A stretch of 63,791 nt of DNA, counting the filler, from Guillardia theta CCMP2712 (taxonomy: Eukaryota > Protista > Cryptophyta), in assembly GCF_000315625.1 (NCBI RefSeq). It is 4 parts of 4 records of this genome, joined end to end, with 100 filler letters (N's around TTAATTAATTAA, not from the genome) between each part and the next. Parts side by side here need not be neighbours in the genome. Positions count along the whole stretch, not along the records: positions 1 to 21,554 come from NW_005434401.1; 3 more parts are not named here. The stretch is one strand, 5' to 3'. Shown piece after piece: positions 1-12,297 of this stretch. Numbering within the stretch: position 1 is the stretch's first letter; every line of letters starts with the position of its first letter. A program made the translations under genes and the position numbers. The notes below the pieces were generated by a model. It saw only the letters and a list, made by a program, of their open reading frames with translations, did no database searches and was not told the origin of the DNA.

Positions 1-349
1 TCCCTCCTTTCTCTTCCTCTTCCCCTTCCCTTTGTCCTCCTACCAAAATTCGCAGGTCAATTTACGTCCCCCGAAGAATCTGCCGTTGAAGATCTCGATA
101 CACTCCTGCCGCCCCGTCAATCTCTGGGTATAATCTCCTCCCCTTCTTCCCAACCTCTCTCATCCCCTCAGCCCACCAACCTACCCGTTCCCCATCCTTT
201 TCTTCCCTGCTCCCTCCATCACTCCTTCCAACATACCCAGCATTCATCCTTACTCTCCCTCTCCCTTTGCTTCACAGTCCGCTACGATTCCCCTCCCCCT
301 CTCCTCCCCTCCCCTCCAATCTCCTCTCGCGCTCTCCTCCTGCCCTCAC

Positions 350-711
350 CTCGGCTGACGTCGCTTGTTTGAACTTGATCGCCACCACTCCCTCGGGGTT
401 CCGATCAAAGATAGTCACCTACAGCCCAGCTGACTGACGCGAGAGAGGACAGAGAGGAAGAGGAAAGCGCACAGACAAGCTCGACAACCAGCAACAAAAC
501 ACAAACACAAGCACTCGACATCAAAATCGACAGTTTGACACGTGAGTTCAAGTTCTCCAAGGTACTTGAAGACTCTGGGGTGAACGAAGACCAAAGTGCA
601 CAATCACTCACCTTCTCAACTTCGCCGAACTTCCGAGCCTCCATCTCCACTTCAAACTGAACATGTGATAAGATCTCCTCATCCTCCTCATCCTCCTCAT
701 CCTCCTCCTCC

Positions 712-748
<37 letters not shown>

Positions 749-1318
749 GCTCCTGCTCCTGCTCCTGCTCCTCTTCCTCCTCTCCTTAGTCCCAATTCTT
801 TCCCCATCATCCTCGCCTTCTCTTCCCCTCATCCCCCGACTGCACCTGGAGGGTGATGGCTGCTTCTGCGTCTACTTTCATTTCTTCCACGGTGAACATG
901 TTCTGAGAGCGAGGAGTCAGTTGAGATGATCGTGACTGAACAGGAGGGAAGGTAGAGGATTGAGCCAAGAGAGGAGCAGAGCAGTGTAGGGATCATATTC
1001 GGAGAGAGGAGGGAGAGTGAATGGAGTAGACAAGGCAGGAGGAGAGCAAGGAGGAGAAGAGAGGAAGAGCAGCAGATTACTTTCAAAATCACGATCCTCA
1101 ATCCTCTCCCATCGTCAATTCCTTCGTCGGCTCCCCAATCAAGAGCTCTTTCCTGGGATCTGAATGACAACAAGCAAACATGCACATCACCTAGATCCAC
1201 CTGCTTCTTAATGGCCTGAATACGCTTCTGCCGCTCTTTCTTGGCTTCTTCGGACATCTTCTCTTTCTCAACATACTGTAGCAATTTGGTCTCAACAGGA
1301 GAAAATGCAAACGAGAGG

Positions 1319-1349
<31 letters not shown>

Positions 1350-4059
1350 AAGAAAGACAGAGTCAGGGACAGGGACAGGGACAGGGAGGGGAACAGGAAT
1401 CCAGACCTGCTGTCCCTTCATCTGAAATTGAGCCGGTTGAACTTTCAGCGGGTACTTGTCATCTCGAAAGTTCGACCCATCGGCGATCTGCAACACCTTC
1501 GAGACAAACTCAGGCGGACGACTCGAGTGCCTTGGGGGTCCAGCTAGGGAGAGACGCAAGTCCTTGAAGGGAGGGAGGCGGGTTGGGGCGAGCAAGAGGA
1601 AGAGAAAGAGGTAGGGAAGGGAAGGAGGGGCAAGGAAACTGAATGAACTCTCACCAGGGGGATGGAAGCAGCTTTGAGGAAGGCGATTCGGGCGTCTCCC
1701 TTCAGATTGCCGTCCTCATCCCTGACATGCCTGTCATCGCAGTTGGAGGATACGTCACGAGCTGCATCACCTGTAGAGTTTGATCTTGGGGGTCTTGCCG
1801 TCCTCCTCACTCGGTTTGAGGACGCCGAACTTGCTGCGGAGACATCAGGACAAGCTGCCCCTCGCACTTGAAGATGCCTGAAGAAAGTCGCAACTTCCTC
1901 CATGGTCGTGTCAACTGGCAGGCCCTGCGGGACATCAGACATGGTTAAGCTGAGCTGAGCCCAGAGAGGCATAGAGACTCGGAGACAAGTTGAGACAAAA
2001 AATGAGCGGGAAGGGTTGGTGGTGGAGGAGGAGGAGGAGTAGTGTGGAAGAAGAGAAGGAGGAGGGTCATACCTGCACATACACGTAGGTGTTGTCCTTG
2101 ATCTTCTTCCATCGAGGCTTGTTCTTCTTCTTCTTCTTCTTCTTCGCATCGTTCGTTTCCGCCTTCCCTTGCGCCGCCGCTGGCTCCGCAGTGACCTGAT
2201 TCTTCTCATCGGCATAATATCCTACTCCCTGTCTCCATCAAATCATCGTTCTATCCACATGAATCGTCCAGCCCTCAACCTGGTCTCCCTTCTTGAACGA
2301 GTATCCGGGCTGATGATACATCAGAGCTCTCTCAACCCTCCCCTTCTCGCACCTTGGACCCTTCGAACTTCTCGGCTGCTATGAAGGCCGGGCCCAAGGC
2401 AAAGGGACAGAGAGGCTGGGAGGCAGACAAAGTCGAATCAAGGCCTGAAAGGTTTCTACACTCCTCAAACTCTTACCTGCTGCTCCTTGTTCTCAGTGTT
2501 CAGCCAAAGTTTCTCTCCTAGACGTCATCGGGTCAATGCATCGCCCTAACCCGCTATCCCTCACTCCTTCGACCCCCATTTCCTCTCCAATCATCCAACT
2601 TCCCTCCCCTCCCCTTCCCACACCCCCATCCCCCCCATGTATTTGTATCTCACCTTTTGCTGTCCAGCACAGCATCCAGGGTGCTCGAACCTTGGCCGCT
2701 TCCTCGTCATCGAATGTCTGCAGCCCTTGCCGTCACACCATGCAGGGGCACAAGCGACGCTCGAGTGAAGGCAAACACAGGCATGGCAGGAAGCAGACGA
2801 ACAAGGAACTGAGCTGAGCGACAAGGAAAGAGCTAGAGGTCCGCAACATGCAAGAGAAGCAGGAGGAATAAGGCACGAGAGAGGAGGGAAGAGGAGGAGG
2901 AGAGAGAGGAAGAGAGAGAGGAGGAGAGGGGGGAGGAGAGGAAGAGGAGTCGAGGGAGGGAGGGAGGGCAAGGCTGCCTGTACCGTAGGAGTCTGGGGAG
3001 GTTCCCAAGAGCTCTCGAACGTGTACTTGTTGGCGTAGTAGGTTTTGCCTTCCGGAGTTGTTGTTGACGCCCACTGCATGTCCCAAAGCTGCTTGCCGGT
3101 GAACTTGACGACTCTGAAACCAGGTGAGACAACGCCCATGAACAAACAAGAAAGAGTGCAGGACAAATTTTGAACAGCATCCATAGATCATACATCAGAA
3201 CTCAAGAACACAATCAAAAACCATCTGACTTGTCTCAACTCTCACCAAACTAAAAGAATCTCACGTGTACATCAACTCTCAACAAACTGAAATGATCTCA
3301 CGTATACATCAACTATGATCAAGCTAAAAGAATCTCATTCAAGGTCGGAGGAACGTACTCGATATGTTCTTCGTTCGCTGGGCCTGCTCCTTCCCCATCG
3401 TCCTCCTCGTCCTCTTCATCCGCGATGGATTGGAAGTAGGATCTCAGCTCATCTACAGCTGAGATGCTCGCATAATCCTCCATCCCTTCCTTCCACACGG
3501 AGGTCAACCCGTCGATCTCGCCAGAGAGCCAGAGAGCTTCCAGAAGGTCGAGGGGCAAGGGACCGGTCTTCTCTCCCTCCTTGTTCTTGTACCACCTGCA
3601 TCACAACATCCACATCAGTCAAGATGTTCTGTCAATGCTGTGTCTGCAGAGTTTCCACTCGTTCTACGGCCTTTCTCTTGAAGGGGATCAGTTGTGAAGT
3701 ACTGATGGTACAAAATTTCAATCTAAGGGGATTTCGCTCATTCTCCTACATCACGTAGCTGACTTGCTACAAATGTGTCGCGTCGATCATATCATTCACA
3801 ACGAAAGTCATTCCGTTGTTCTCGCATGTGCTCACATATCAGTCTGCTCGTTGAATCTACAGGAATCTGCATTTTCTCATCTAACACAACCTATACTCGC
3901 CTTGAACGTTCCATTGTTCTCAGCATTGAAACTAGACGCGTACATCCTCCATTCATTCATGGCTGCCTTCCTCCACACTTTGATCCTGCTGCCATGTCGC
4001 TGTTTGCCATCTCCCTCCATCGCCGCTCCCTCTTACCATTCCGTCGTTGCCGCCGCCAT
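350..4059 (-). CDS. HTATSF1: TAT-SF1/CUS2-like U2 snRNP splicing factor (GYF_2 + WW + RRM + UHM); multi-exon, 3' end probably beyond the left edge of the window
   Basis: ATG at 4059; exon 1 splices in phase (TG|gtaag...cag|G TGG TAC) to give MAAATTEWWYKNKEGEKTGPLPLDLLEALWLSGEIDGLTSVWKEGM (GYF_2 pattern). WW domain WASTTTPEGKTYYANKYTFESSWEPP (~3000-3080). RRM1 pieces GLPVDTTMEEVATFF and DEDGNLKGDARIAFLKAASI. Also ALDWGADEG..LRIVILK, EARKFGEVEKV and VTIFDRNPEGVVAIKFK, all typical of TAT-SF1. Confidence 0.85.
3235..3337. repeat. Intronic imperfect tandem repeat, ~37 bp x ~2.8
   Basis: Units tcaactctcaccaaactaaaagaatctcacgtgtaca / tcaactctcaacaaactgaaatgatctcacgtataca / tcaactatgatcaagctaaaagaatctca. 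Confidence 0.75.
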
Positions 4060-4946
4060 GTCCGCCTCTTCCACCTCGAATTTTCTCTTATTTTACAGGA
4101 GTCTTGTCAAAAATAAGCACTTTCTGCTTATCGGCCCGGGGCTGACGGTGGCACTCCGAGGCTCCGAGCCCGCCTCAACCCCTGACTGATCATCATGATC
4201 AGGAACCGTGAAGATTTCGGATCCGATCGCGCAAGTTATGCCACCCATCACCCGCCGAAGGCCTTTCTTCCCTTCACTGATGTCCCTCTGAGTTCAAGGG
4301 CACGGCGTGTGGTGCTGCCTCCTCCTTTTGTTGAGGCGGGTTTGTAGGGTTTATCCTCGTCCTCCTTTGTTTGCTCCGGTTTGCCTTTCTTTTTCAGCCC
4401 GATTCAATACTCAGAAAAGAATGCCATTTGCATGAGAGATAGACTGTATGCTAGGTGCCAAAGTCACGCAGAAATCATGATATCGACCTCAGTTGCAACA
4501 AGCCTGGCAGTTTTTGCTCAAGACCGAGCCTGAGAGGACCTTAGCAAGACGGCTAGGAAGGTCCCTCTTCGTCCCACCGCAGTGACACTACATGGCCGCC
4601 TTGAAACGCCACGGTAAGCCGGGTTCGTCTTGGTTTACAAGCCTGACAGATTTCTTAACTCGCCGCGCTATCTGACTGGCACGGCTGGCACCATCGACAC
4701 TGGGCAGATTCATGCACTTGCAGCAGTCATGAGGCTAGAGTCGGCCCTGATAGACAGCCGGTAGTCTATCCTGAAGTCAATCATGACTCGATCGCGGCCC
4801 GGGCCGGGCCGGGCCGGTCACCGAGCCTGAGTATATGCCGCGCACTGAGCAGTAGGTAGCAAGCAAGGTAGCAGCAGGTAGCAGCGGGCAGCAGCAGGTA
4901 GCAGCAGGTAGCAGATGGCACGGATAGAGAGAGGGATGAGCATGCC

Positions 4947-6498
4947 ATGGAAGAGAAGATGAGGAGGAACCATGCAATGTCTCTCCTGCTGTGGAGGAGA
5001 GGGACGACGAAGACGCTGAGCACATGGCTGTTCATTGCTTGTTCCCATGTTGCGGCTCAATACGAAGGATCCCCCTCTGACCTCAATGAGGCTGGCGAGA
5101 TCGCGGGTGGACTATGGTGGGACAGCTACGGGAGGCAAGTACGAGCAGATCGCCCCTGGGCATGGTGGAGGCTTGATGATGCCGGTGTAAGCCAGACAGC
5201 AGCATGCGCGGCTCCACAGGCTGAAGGCTGCATGCCGGGAGCGTACAGGTGCGACAGACTTGGGCTGCAGCCAGGAGGAGTGGCAGCAGTGACAGGGGTA
5301 CCGTACTCGCTCAGTGCAGTGACAGTAGCAGGAGAAGAGGTTGCAGGAGCGGCCAGACTGGCTGGAATCGCCTGCTTTCAGCTTTCGTTTAACCCTCCCA
5401 GCAGCTTTTCCTGCTCCCCCAGCCCCACGATCCCTCCCCCTGTCGCTGCTCCTTTCTCGCTGGAGTTGTGGGTCCGTCCTCTGCAGAGCGGAGAGGGAGT
5501 GGCTCAGAACGTGCTTGCCATGCAGTGCGGAGGGATGTTTGAACTTGCTCTCACGGAACTTCTGCACCTATCCCTCTCGTTGCCCGGCCTACCTGCTCCC
5601 TTGCTATCTCAACGAGCCCTTGCGACTGAGGTCTGGGGGCATGTGGCCATCTCAGTCGATGGATCTTGGGTCCACTTGTACATGAACGGGACCAGGGAGG
5701 GTAAGAAGCAGCTCCTCCGGGGACAAGGAGCTCCGTTGTGTTCGTCTCAGCCCTGTACCATCACCGTCGGAGGAGGAGCTCGCTTCTTGAATGCAGATGT
5801 GAGTTCTTGTTGTTGATGCTTTCTTCATCATCTCTTCTTTGTTTGCTGTCTGCCATTCAAGACGGCCCGAATGGTTGTGAACGTCAAGACTGATTGACTT
5901 CTTATGATGGCCAGGTCGATGAGGTAGCATTCTACACCAAGTCTTTGTCGCAGGTACTGGGTTGTTGTGGCCTCCCTTGCTCTCTCTGAATGCTTTACAG
6001 ACACAGCTTGCTCGTCACTTTGTTGCTATATCATACAACAGCAACTTCAAAAGACCGCACTCGTCATGTCTCAGGTCCCCTCCCCTCCCCTGTCCCTCCC
6101 GCCTCCCATTTCCCCTCCTCCCCCTTCACCTGTTCCCCCCCCACCTCTCTCCCTCTGTCTCTCCCTCCACTGGTCTTCCCCTCTGCTTCTTCATCTATGT
6201 CCACCCTCATCTCAGCTCCTCCTCCTTGTCCTCTTCAGCTCATCACATGGCGAGCAGCCCTCCTCAGACGCACCTCAACCCGGTTCAAAGCTGCGCAGTA
6301 GCAGACGTGGGGCAGAAGCGTCTGGACCAGCTCGGTGACGAGTATCGGAGCAGGAGGAGAAGTGCTGACAAGCTTCTGGCAGCTCATATGGCCAACGGCC
6401 GACCATCCGTCCCCGCCAGTGAGCTTGACAGCCGCAGCAGCAACCCTGTCATGCAGGGCCCGGACCCTTGGCCAGTCAACTCTGCTATGGCAGGTTGA
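4947..6498 (+). CDS. LamG/concanavalin A-like (Laminin_G_3) domain protein, probably secreted; multi-exon, end uncertain
   Basis: Motifs PWAWWRLDD, FSLELWVRP and WGHVAISVDGSWVHLYMNG. Hydrophobic N-terminal stretch WLFIACSHVAA. GT donor at ~5809. Confidence 0.7.
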
Positions 6499-8061
6499 GG
6501 GCGGGTTGGGTGTCAACGGACCCAGGAAGGAGTGTGTTGGTGCTCAGAGCTTCTTTCTTGCAATGAGGCTGTAGGGCAGGATGTGAGAAGCGATAGCTTG
6601 ATCAAGATGTCATGCTGTGATGGTGAGGGTTGTGGGAATCATCAAGAGCTGGTGTCGAGTTTGAGCTTGTTTGTCCATATTTCTCGCTTCCTTTCACTCG
6701 TTTCGGCATAGGATTATGTTGCAGTATTTTATTTGTAAAGTTAGATATCATGTTATACGTCTCGTTTGCTCAGATTTTAACTTTTCACCGTCTTCACTAG
6801 CTCACCGCTCTTTCTTCCCTCACATTACTTCCTCTTTCGTTCCCTCTCTCATCCTTCTACCCTTTGCTTCCATCTTTCCCTCTCGTCTTTCTCTGCTCTT
6901 TTATTCTTCCATCACATGGGTACTCACTTATTCTTTTCATTGGTGGCCCTTCTCTGTATGTGCACTCCCATCCTCTCTTCTCGTGCCCCCTGTTTCACTC
7001 CTCTCTTGTCTTCCCCTCTCCTTCTCCCTCTCCCTTTCCTTCTATCCTTCGTTCGTCTTGTCTCGTCTCCTCATGTTTCTTCCCTTTTGTCCATGTTTAC
7101 CCCCTCCTCTCCCTTCTTCCTCCCCTCAGTCTTACCTTCATATCTCGGTTTCGTCCTCTCTCTCTCTCTGAGGGTTCTTCCCATCTCTTTGTCTTCCTCT
7201 GTCTACGTCCTCCTCATATCTCAGTCTCCTCCTCCTCTCTCTCGCTATCTTCCCCTCCCTGTCTCCTCCCTCTTCCCCTCCCCTTCACGTTCTTCTCCTC
7301 CCTCTCTCATGTCTCATAAAGATCCCGTCGGTCAATCTTCTGGGATTCAAGCTAAACAATTTCATGGGTGGGTAGTGCTTGACAGAGGGTGGGGTGATAA
7401 ATTGATAACCCGTACTTCCCCCATTAAAAATATGTCAATTTACTGTAGGGGTCCAAGGTCTGTTCAATGACAGTGGGGTTCAGGTTCGTTGTGGGGTTAT
7501 CAGGACATGTAAAGGGTGGGGTAGGGTGGTGTAAATTGTGATTTGGGGCTGTAAGAAGAACTGATGGAAGGGGGGCGGAGGAGAGAGGAGGAGAGGAGAG
7601 GAGAGGAGAGGAGGAGGAGGAGGAGGAGGAGGAGGAGGGAGGAGGAGGAGGGAGGAGGAGGAGAGAGGAGGAGGAGGAGGAGGAGGAGGAGGAGGAGGAG
7701 GATGAGGAGGAGACTGGGAGAGTTTGAAGAGAGCAGGACTACAAGGAGAGGAGGGAAAATGCAATGCTGCCAGAAGAGTAAAGAATGCGAGGACAGGTGG
7801 AATAGGATGCGAAGGAGACTAGATAGACTGAAAGAGAAGAGGAGCAGAGATTGTATGTGACGGGATTAAGCAATGTTATGCTGTTGGGAGAAATGAGTCA
7901 ATAACGATGAAGAAGTTGAAGTGTTGGGAATGTGTAGAAGGAGAAGTTGGGTTATGGAGAAAGGGGGATTTAAGGGTACTAGGTGGAGGGAATCGAGGGT
8001 ATGGCTCGAAGAAGGTAGGTGCTTGGCTTTCCGGACTGATTTGTCTCTTTCCAGTCTCTCG

Positions 8062-10412
8062 ATGCGTGCTCACCTTCCCCTCCTCTGCTGCTTCCTCGCA
8101 GTCAGATCTGCTGCTGCCTTCCTCCCGAGCCCGACAGGGCTGTCGGCATGCGCACCAGCACAGGCTGCTTGCTGCGGGCTTGCGCTGCGTCCCGCTACCT
8201 CTGCAACCAAGAGCGCTGCCTCCTTGCGACGCTCCCCCCTCACGCCTGTGACGATGGGACTCTTCGATGCGTTTGCCGGACCCGGTTGAGTCCTCTCCCT
8301 CCACTCCCTCCCTGCCTGTTCTGTCCTGCTCGTTGACTCTCCTTGATCCCCGCTGCTGCTGCTGCTGCTGCTGCACATTCTCCTCCTTCTCCCGGACCTA
8401 TGATCCTGCCCTCCTCCTCCTCCTCCTGCTGCTGCTGCTCCTGCTTCTGCCTCATCTCCTCGACTTGTCCTGCTCTCACCATGCTTCCTTCAGAGATCAA
8501 CGTGGTCAAGCTCCAAGTAGCCGTGCACTGCGACACTCGCGGCCCCTCCTCCCTCCTTGGTCGAGCATGTCCAGTGCCCCTGCCAAGACGCTGACTTGGG
8601 GGCAGGAACGATCAGCAGGATCGCGGACGAGGCGGACACGGAGACGGAGGTCAGGAGGCTGAGACGCTCCTGCTGCCTGAGCCCTCGTGCAGGAAGGACT
8701 GGCCGACCTCGTCTCGGATGTGGCGCTTGCGCTGCTGCGGAAGGAGGTGGGAGGATGGAGAGGAGGAGGTCGAGGGGAGGAACGGGGGAGAGGGGGGGAG
8801 AGGAGGACGTGGCAGGGGGAGGGGAGGATGGTGAGGGAGGAGAGAGATCTGGAGGGGAAGGATGAGGAGAAGGGAAGGGGATGAGAGAGAGATGAAGGGG
8901 AGGAGGGGGAGGCAGGGGGAGACAGGGGGAGGAGGAGGAGGAGGAGGAGGAGGAGGAGGAGGAGGAGGAGATTGTCTATTGTTGACGCCTCCGACCAGAG
9001 CGATTGGGTTTCAGCATCGCTGGAGACGAAAGTGAGAAGGAGGGTCGCCCTCAGGGCCAGCGATGACGTGCTCTTGCTAGGTGACGAGGGATGAGGATGA
9101 GGGGGAGTCGCTCTTCGGGCAGGTTAGCATGCAGCTGCTCCTGTGGCGGCACGTGACTGCGGCTGCCGCCAGTTCTCCTTGCAAGAGCGAGCCAAGATCG
9201 AGCGAGAGACCTTCAACAAGTCTGTCCTGCCCCTCCTTGCGCTCCTGCTCCTGCTCCTGCTCCTGCTCCTCCTCCTCAATCACTACCCCCACCTCTTGCT
9301 TCTCGATTCTCCCCTCCGCCCTGCTTCTACTTCGTGTACTTGTACTCGCTGCTTGGCTGCTGCTGCGCTTGCTTATTCCTTATGTCCTCTTCCGCCTCCT
9401 CGTAATCCTTTCCTCCCGCCTCGTACTCCTCCTTTCCCCCTTCCCCTTCCGCTTCCTCCTCCTCCGCCATGACTGTCGTGGCTTCAGAGTGTCAGGCATC
9501 GACAAGTCCGAGTCTCGCAGCTCGGAGGGGAAGGTGAGGCGCGTCTGTTGCTAGCTTCCAACCTCTCAAGCTGCGGTCCAGCTGGATGACATCGGCAAGG
9601 CGACTGAGGCTGTCATCACGATGATCCTCGCCATAGAGGGGAAGGAGCTCCCGAGCGTCAAGGATATGAAGTCTCTCCGTACCTGCTTGACTGGCAAGCA
9701 ACACCCACCCCTTCCCTCCCTCTCCCCTCCTTGAGCGCCATCCCCCCCCTGCCGCCTCCCCCAACACACAAACAACCCTTACCTTACTCCCTTGCCNNNN
9801 NNNNNNNNNNNNNNNNNNNNNNNNNNNNNNNNNNNNNNNNNNNNNNNNNNNNNNNNNNNNNNNNNNNNNNNNNNNNNNNNNNNNNNNNNNNNNNNNCAAG
9901 AATGGTACTTGTTACCCAGCCCCCGCAGCGCCAGCGGAAGATACGGGCTTTGAGCACAGAAGGTCTTGTTCGAGGTGGAGATGGGGGAGGAGGAGGAGGA
10001 CATTGGGGTGTGGAGGGGGAGGGGGAGGGGGAGGAAGAGAGGGAGAAAGAGGGATGAGTTGAGACATGTGCAGGTTGCTTGCCGCGGAGATCATGTGGAC
10101 GCCAGAGGAGCCTTGGGAGGTAGAGGAGGAGGAGGAGGAGGGAGCAGGGAAGGGGGAGGAGGGAGAGACGGGAGATGAGGAGGAGGGAGAGGACATAGAG
10201 GAGGAGGACATAGAGGAGGAGGACATAGAGGAGGACATAGAGGAGGACATAGAGGAGGAGGAGGAGGTTCTGGAGGAAGATGATGAGGAGGAGGGAGAGG
10301 AGGAGGGGGAGGACAGAGAGGAGGACATCGAGGAGGAGGGATCTGAAAGGCTTTGCAGACTATTACCAAGGAGGATCTTATGTTGGAGTACCCCAAGCTT
10401 CTCCCCTTGTGA
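8062..10412 (+). CDS. DUF1517 / FLAP1-like plastid protein with bipartite targeting sequence; multi-exon
   Basis: N-terminus MRAHLPLLCCFLAVRSAAA|F... reads as signal peptide plus Phe-initiated transit peptide. Exons EINVVKLQVAV, TISRIADEADTETE, EGLADLVSDVALALLRK, FSLQERAKIERETFNK, LAAEIMWTPEEPWE and TITKEDLMLEYPKLLPL* match the DUF1517 pattern. Gap at 9797-9896. Confidence 0.8.
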
Positions 10413-10498
10413 GAGTCGTTTCCTCTTCCTCCTCCTCTGTTTCAACGTTGATGGTGTTTCATTACACAAACAACGACAAGATCTTGTTCCTCCTCTCC

Positions 10499-11099
10499 TC
10501 ATCCCGTCCATTCCACATACCGCACAAGCATGTAACAAGTTATGACCCCCTGCAAGCTCCGTCAATCCTCCATCTTGCCTCCTTTGTCCTCCCTGCCCCC
10601 TGCCCCCTTACCCCTGCCCCCTGCCCCCTGCCCCCTGCCTGCTGCCCCCTGCCCCCTGCCTGCTGCCCCCTGCCGGCTGCCGGCTGCCGGCTGCCCTCTG
10701 CCTCCTCATGTGCACATCGCCCCCCTCCACACTTGCCCTCGTCCTTCACCAACTTCCACCTCTCGCTCCTCCTCTCCACCTCCTCGCCTCCATCTCCTCT
10801 TTTCGTCTTTAACCTCATCTTCGTACTTCTCCTCTTGTTTCCTGCCCTTCTCCTCCTCCTCCTCCTCTTCCTCCCGCTGCTCTTCCTCATTGTCCCTGTC
10901 CTCGTCCTCGTTCCTTCTCCTGTTTCCTGCTCCCCTGCTCCCTCCCCCTCTTGCCATGGCTGATTTCCACCTGAGTGATGAGCACGCACGGTATTCCGAT
11001 CTGTTGATAAGGCGTGAGAAGGGGGTACAATCAAGAGAAGAGAAGCAAAGGATGTTGTTGTGGTAGTTGATGATGTTGATGCTGCTGCTGCTGCTGCTA

Positions 11100-11157
<58 letters not shown>

Positions 11158-12232
11158 CAATTGAGAGGTTGCTGCCCATAATCACGATGATAAGAGAGGA
11201 GGAAGGGGATGGGTAGAGGATCAGTTCGGTACCTTCATCCATCGCATGGAAGTAATCGGATGTCCGGCTTTCTCACTCAACGTGACCTGGCCCAAAAAAA
11301 AGAAGGCGAGAAAGCCTTAGCGAAGGAGAAGGAGGAGGAGGAGGTGGTGGTGGTGGAGGTGGTGGAGGTGGAGGAGGTAGAGGAGGAGGAGGTGGTGGAA
11401 GAGGTGGTGGTAGTGGTGAAGGAGGAGGTGGTGGTGGAGGAGGAGAATGGGGGCGGGGGGGGGCGGGGAAGGAGAGCAGGGGAGAAGGGAGCAAGAAGAG
11501 GGAGGAACGAGCAAGAGGTTGAAACGATGCTGCTGAAAATTCAGATGATGATACTTACCGCAACAACATTGTTCGCACTTCCGACTATAGTTGCGTTCTG
11601 TAGCACACGGCAAGAAATACGTCACCTGCTGCAACTGCTGTTGCTGCTGCTGCTGCTCCTCGCCCTCGCTCTCGTCCTCGTCCTCTATCTGCTCCTCCTC
11701 GCCTTCTACCTGCTCCTCTTCCTCTCCGTCCTCGTCCTCTTCCTCCTCGTCCTCTTCCTCCTCCTCTCCTCACCTGCCCCAGTGATGCAGCGAAAGCAAG
11801 AGCCCACGCGAGGGGTTGCACGGGGAGATTGAGCTTTCTCGCGACAACCTGGATGAAAGAGGAGGATGAGGAGGAGGCGATTGAAGAAATACAAGAACAT
11901 TCAAGCTGGAAGGAATAGAGACAGCGATGTGATGATAAGCAGAACGATGAGGAGGCGAAGGATGAGAGGAGGAGAGAGAGAGAAAAGGAGAGGGAGAGGG
12001 GAGAGGACGAATAGAGCAGAGGAGGAGAGCGGAGGAGAGAGGAGGGAGAGAGAGACGGGAGAGAAAGAGCAGGAGGAGGAGGTAGTGGTGTTCAGGAGGA
12101 GGAGGAGGAGGAGGATGGATGGATGGATGGATGGATGGATGGATATTGATTTGAGGCACCTGAATGACCTTGACAAGAGCTACGCAAAGAGGGATGGTGT
12201 CGAGGAAAGCTGCAGATGATTTCTATCAGCAT

Positions 12233-12297
<65 letters not shown>

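Noticed and set aside
4200-4720. Possible small spliced gene (MNLPSVDGAS...PWRFKAAM, minus strand) or ncRNA between TAT-SF1 and the LamG gene
   Set aside because: I could not build a consistent exon chain or recognise a family or RNA motif.
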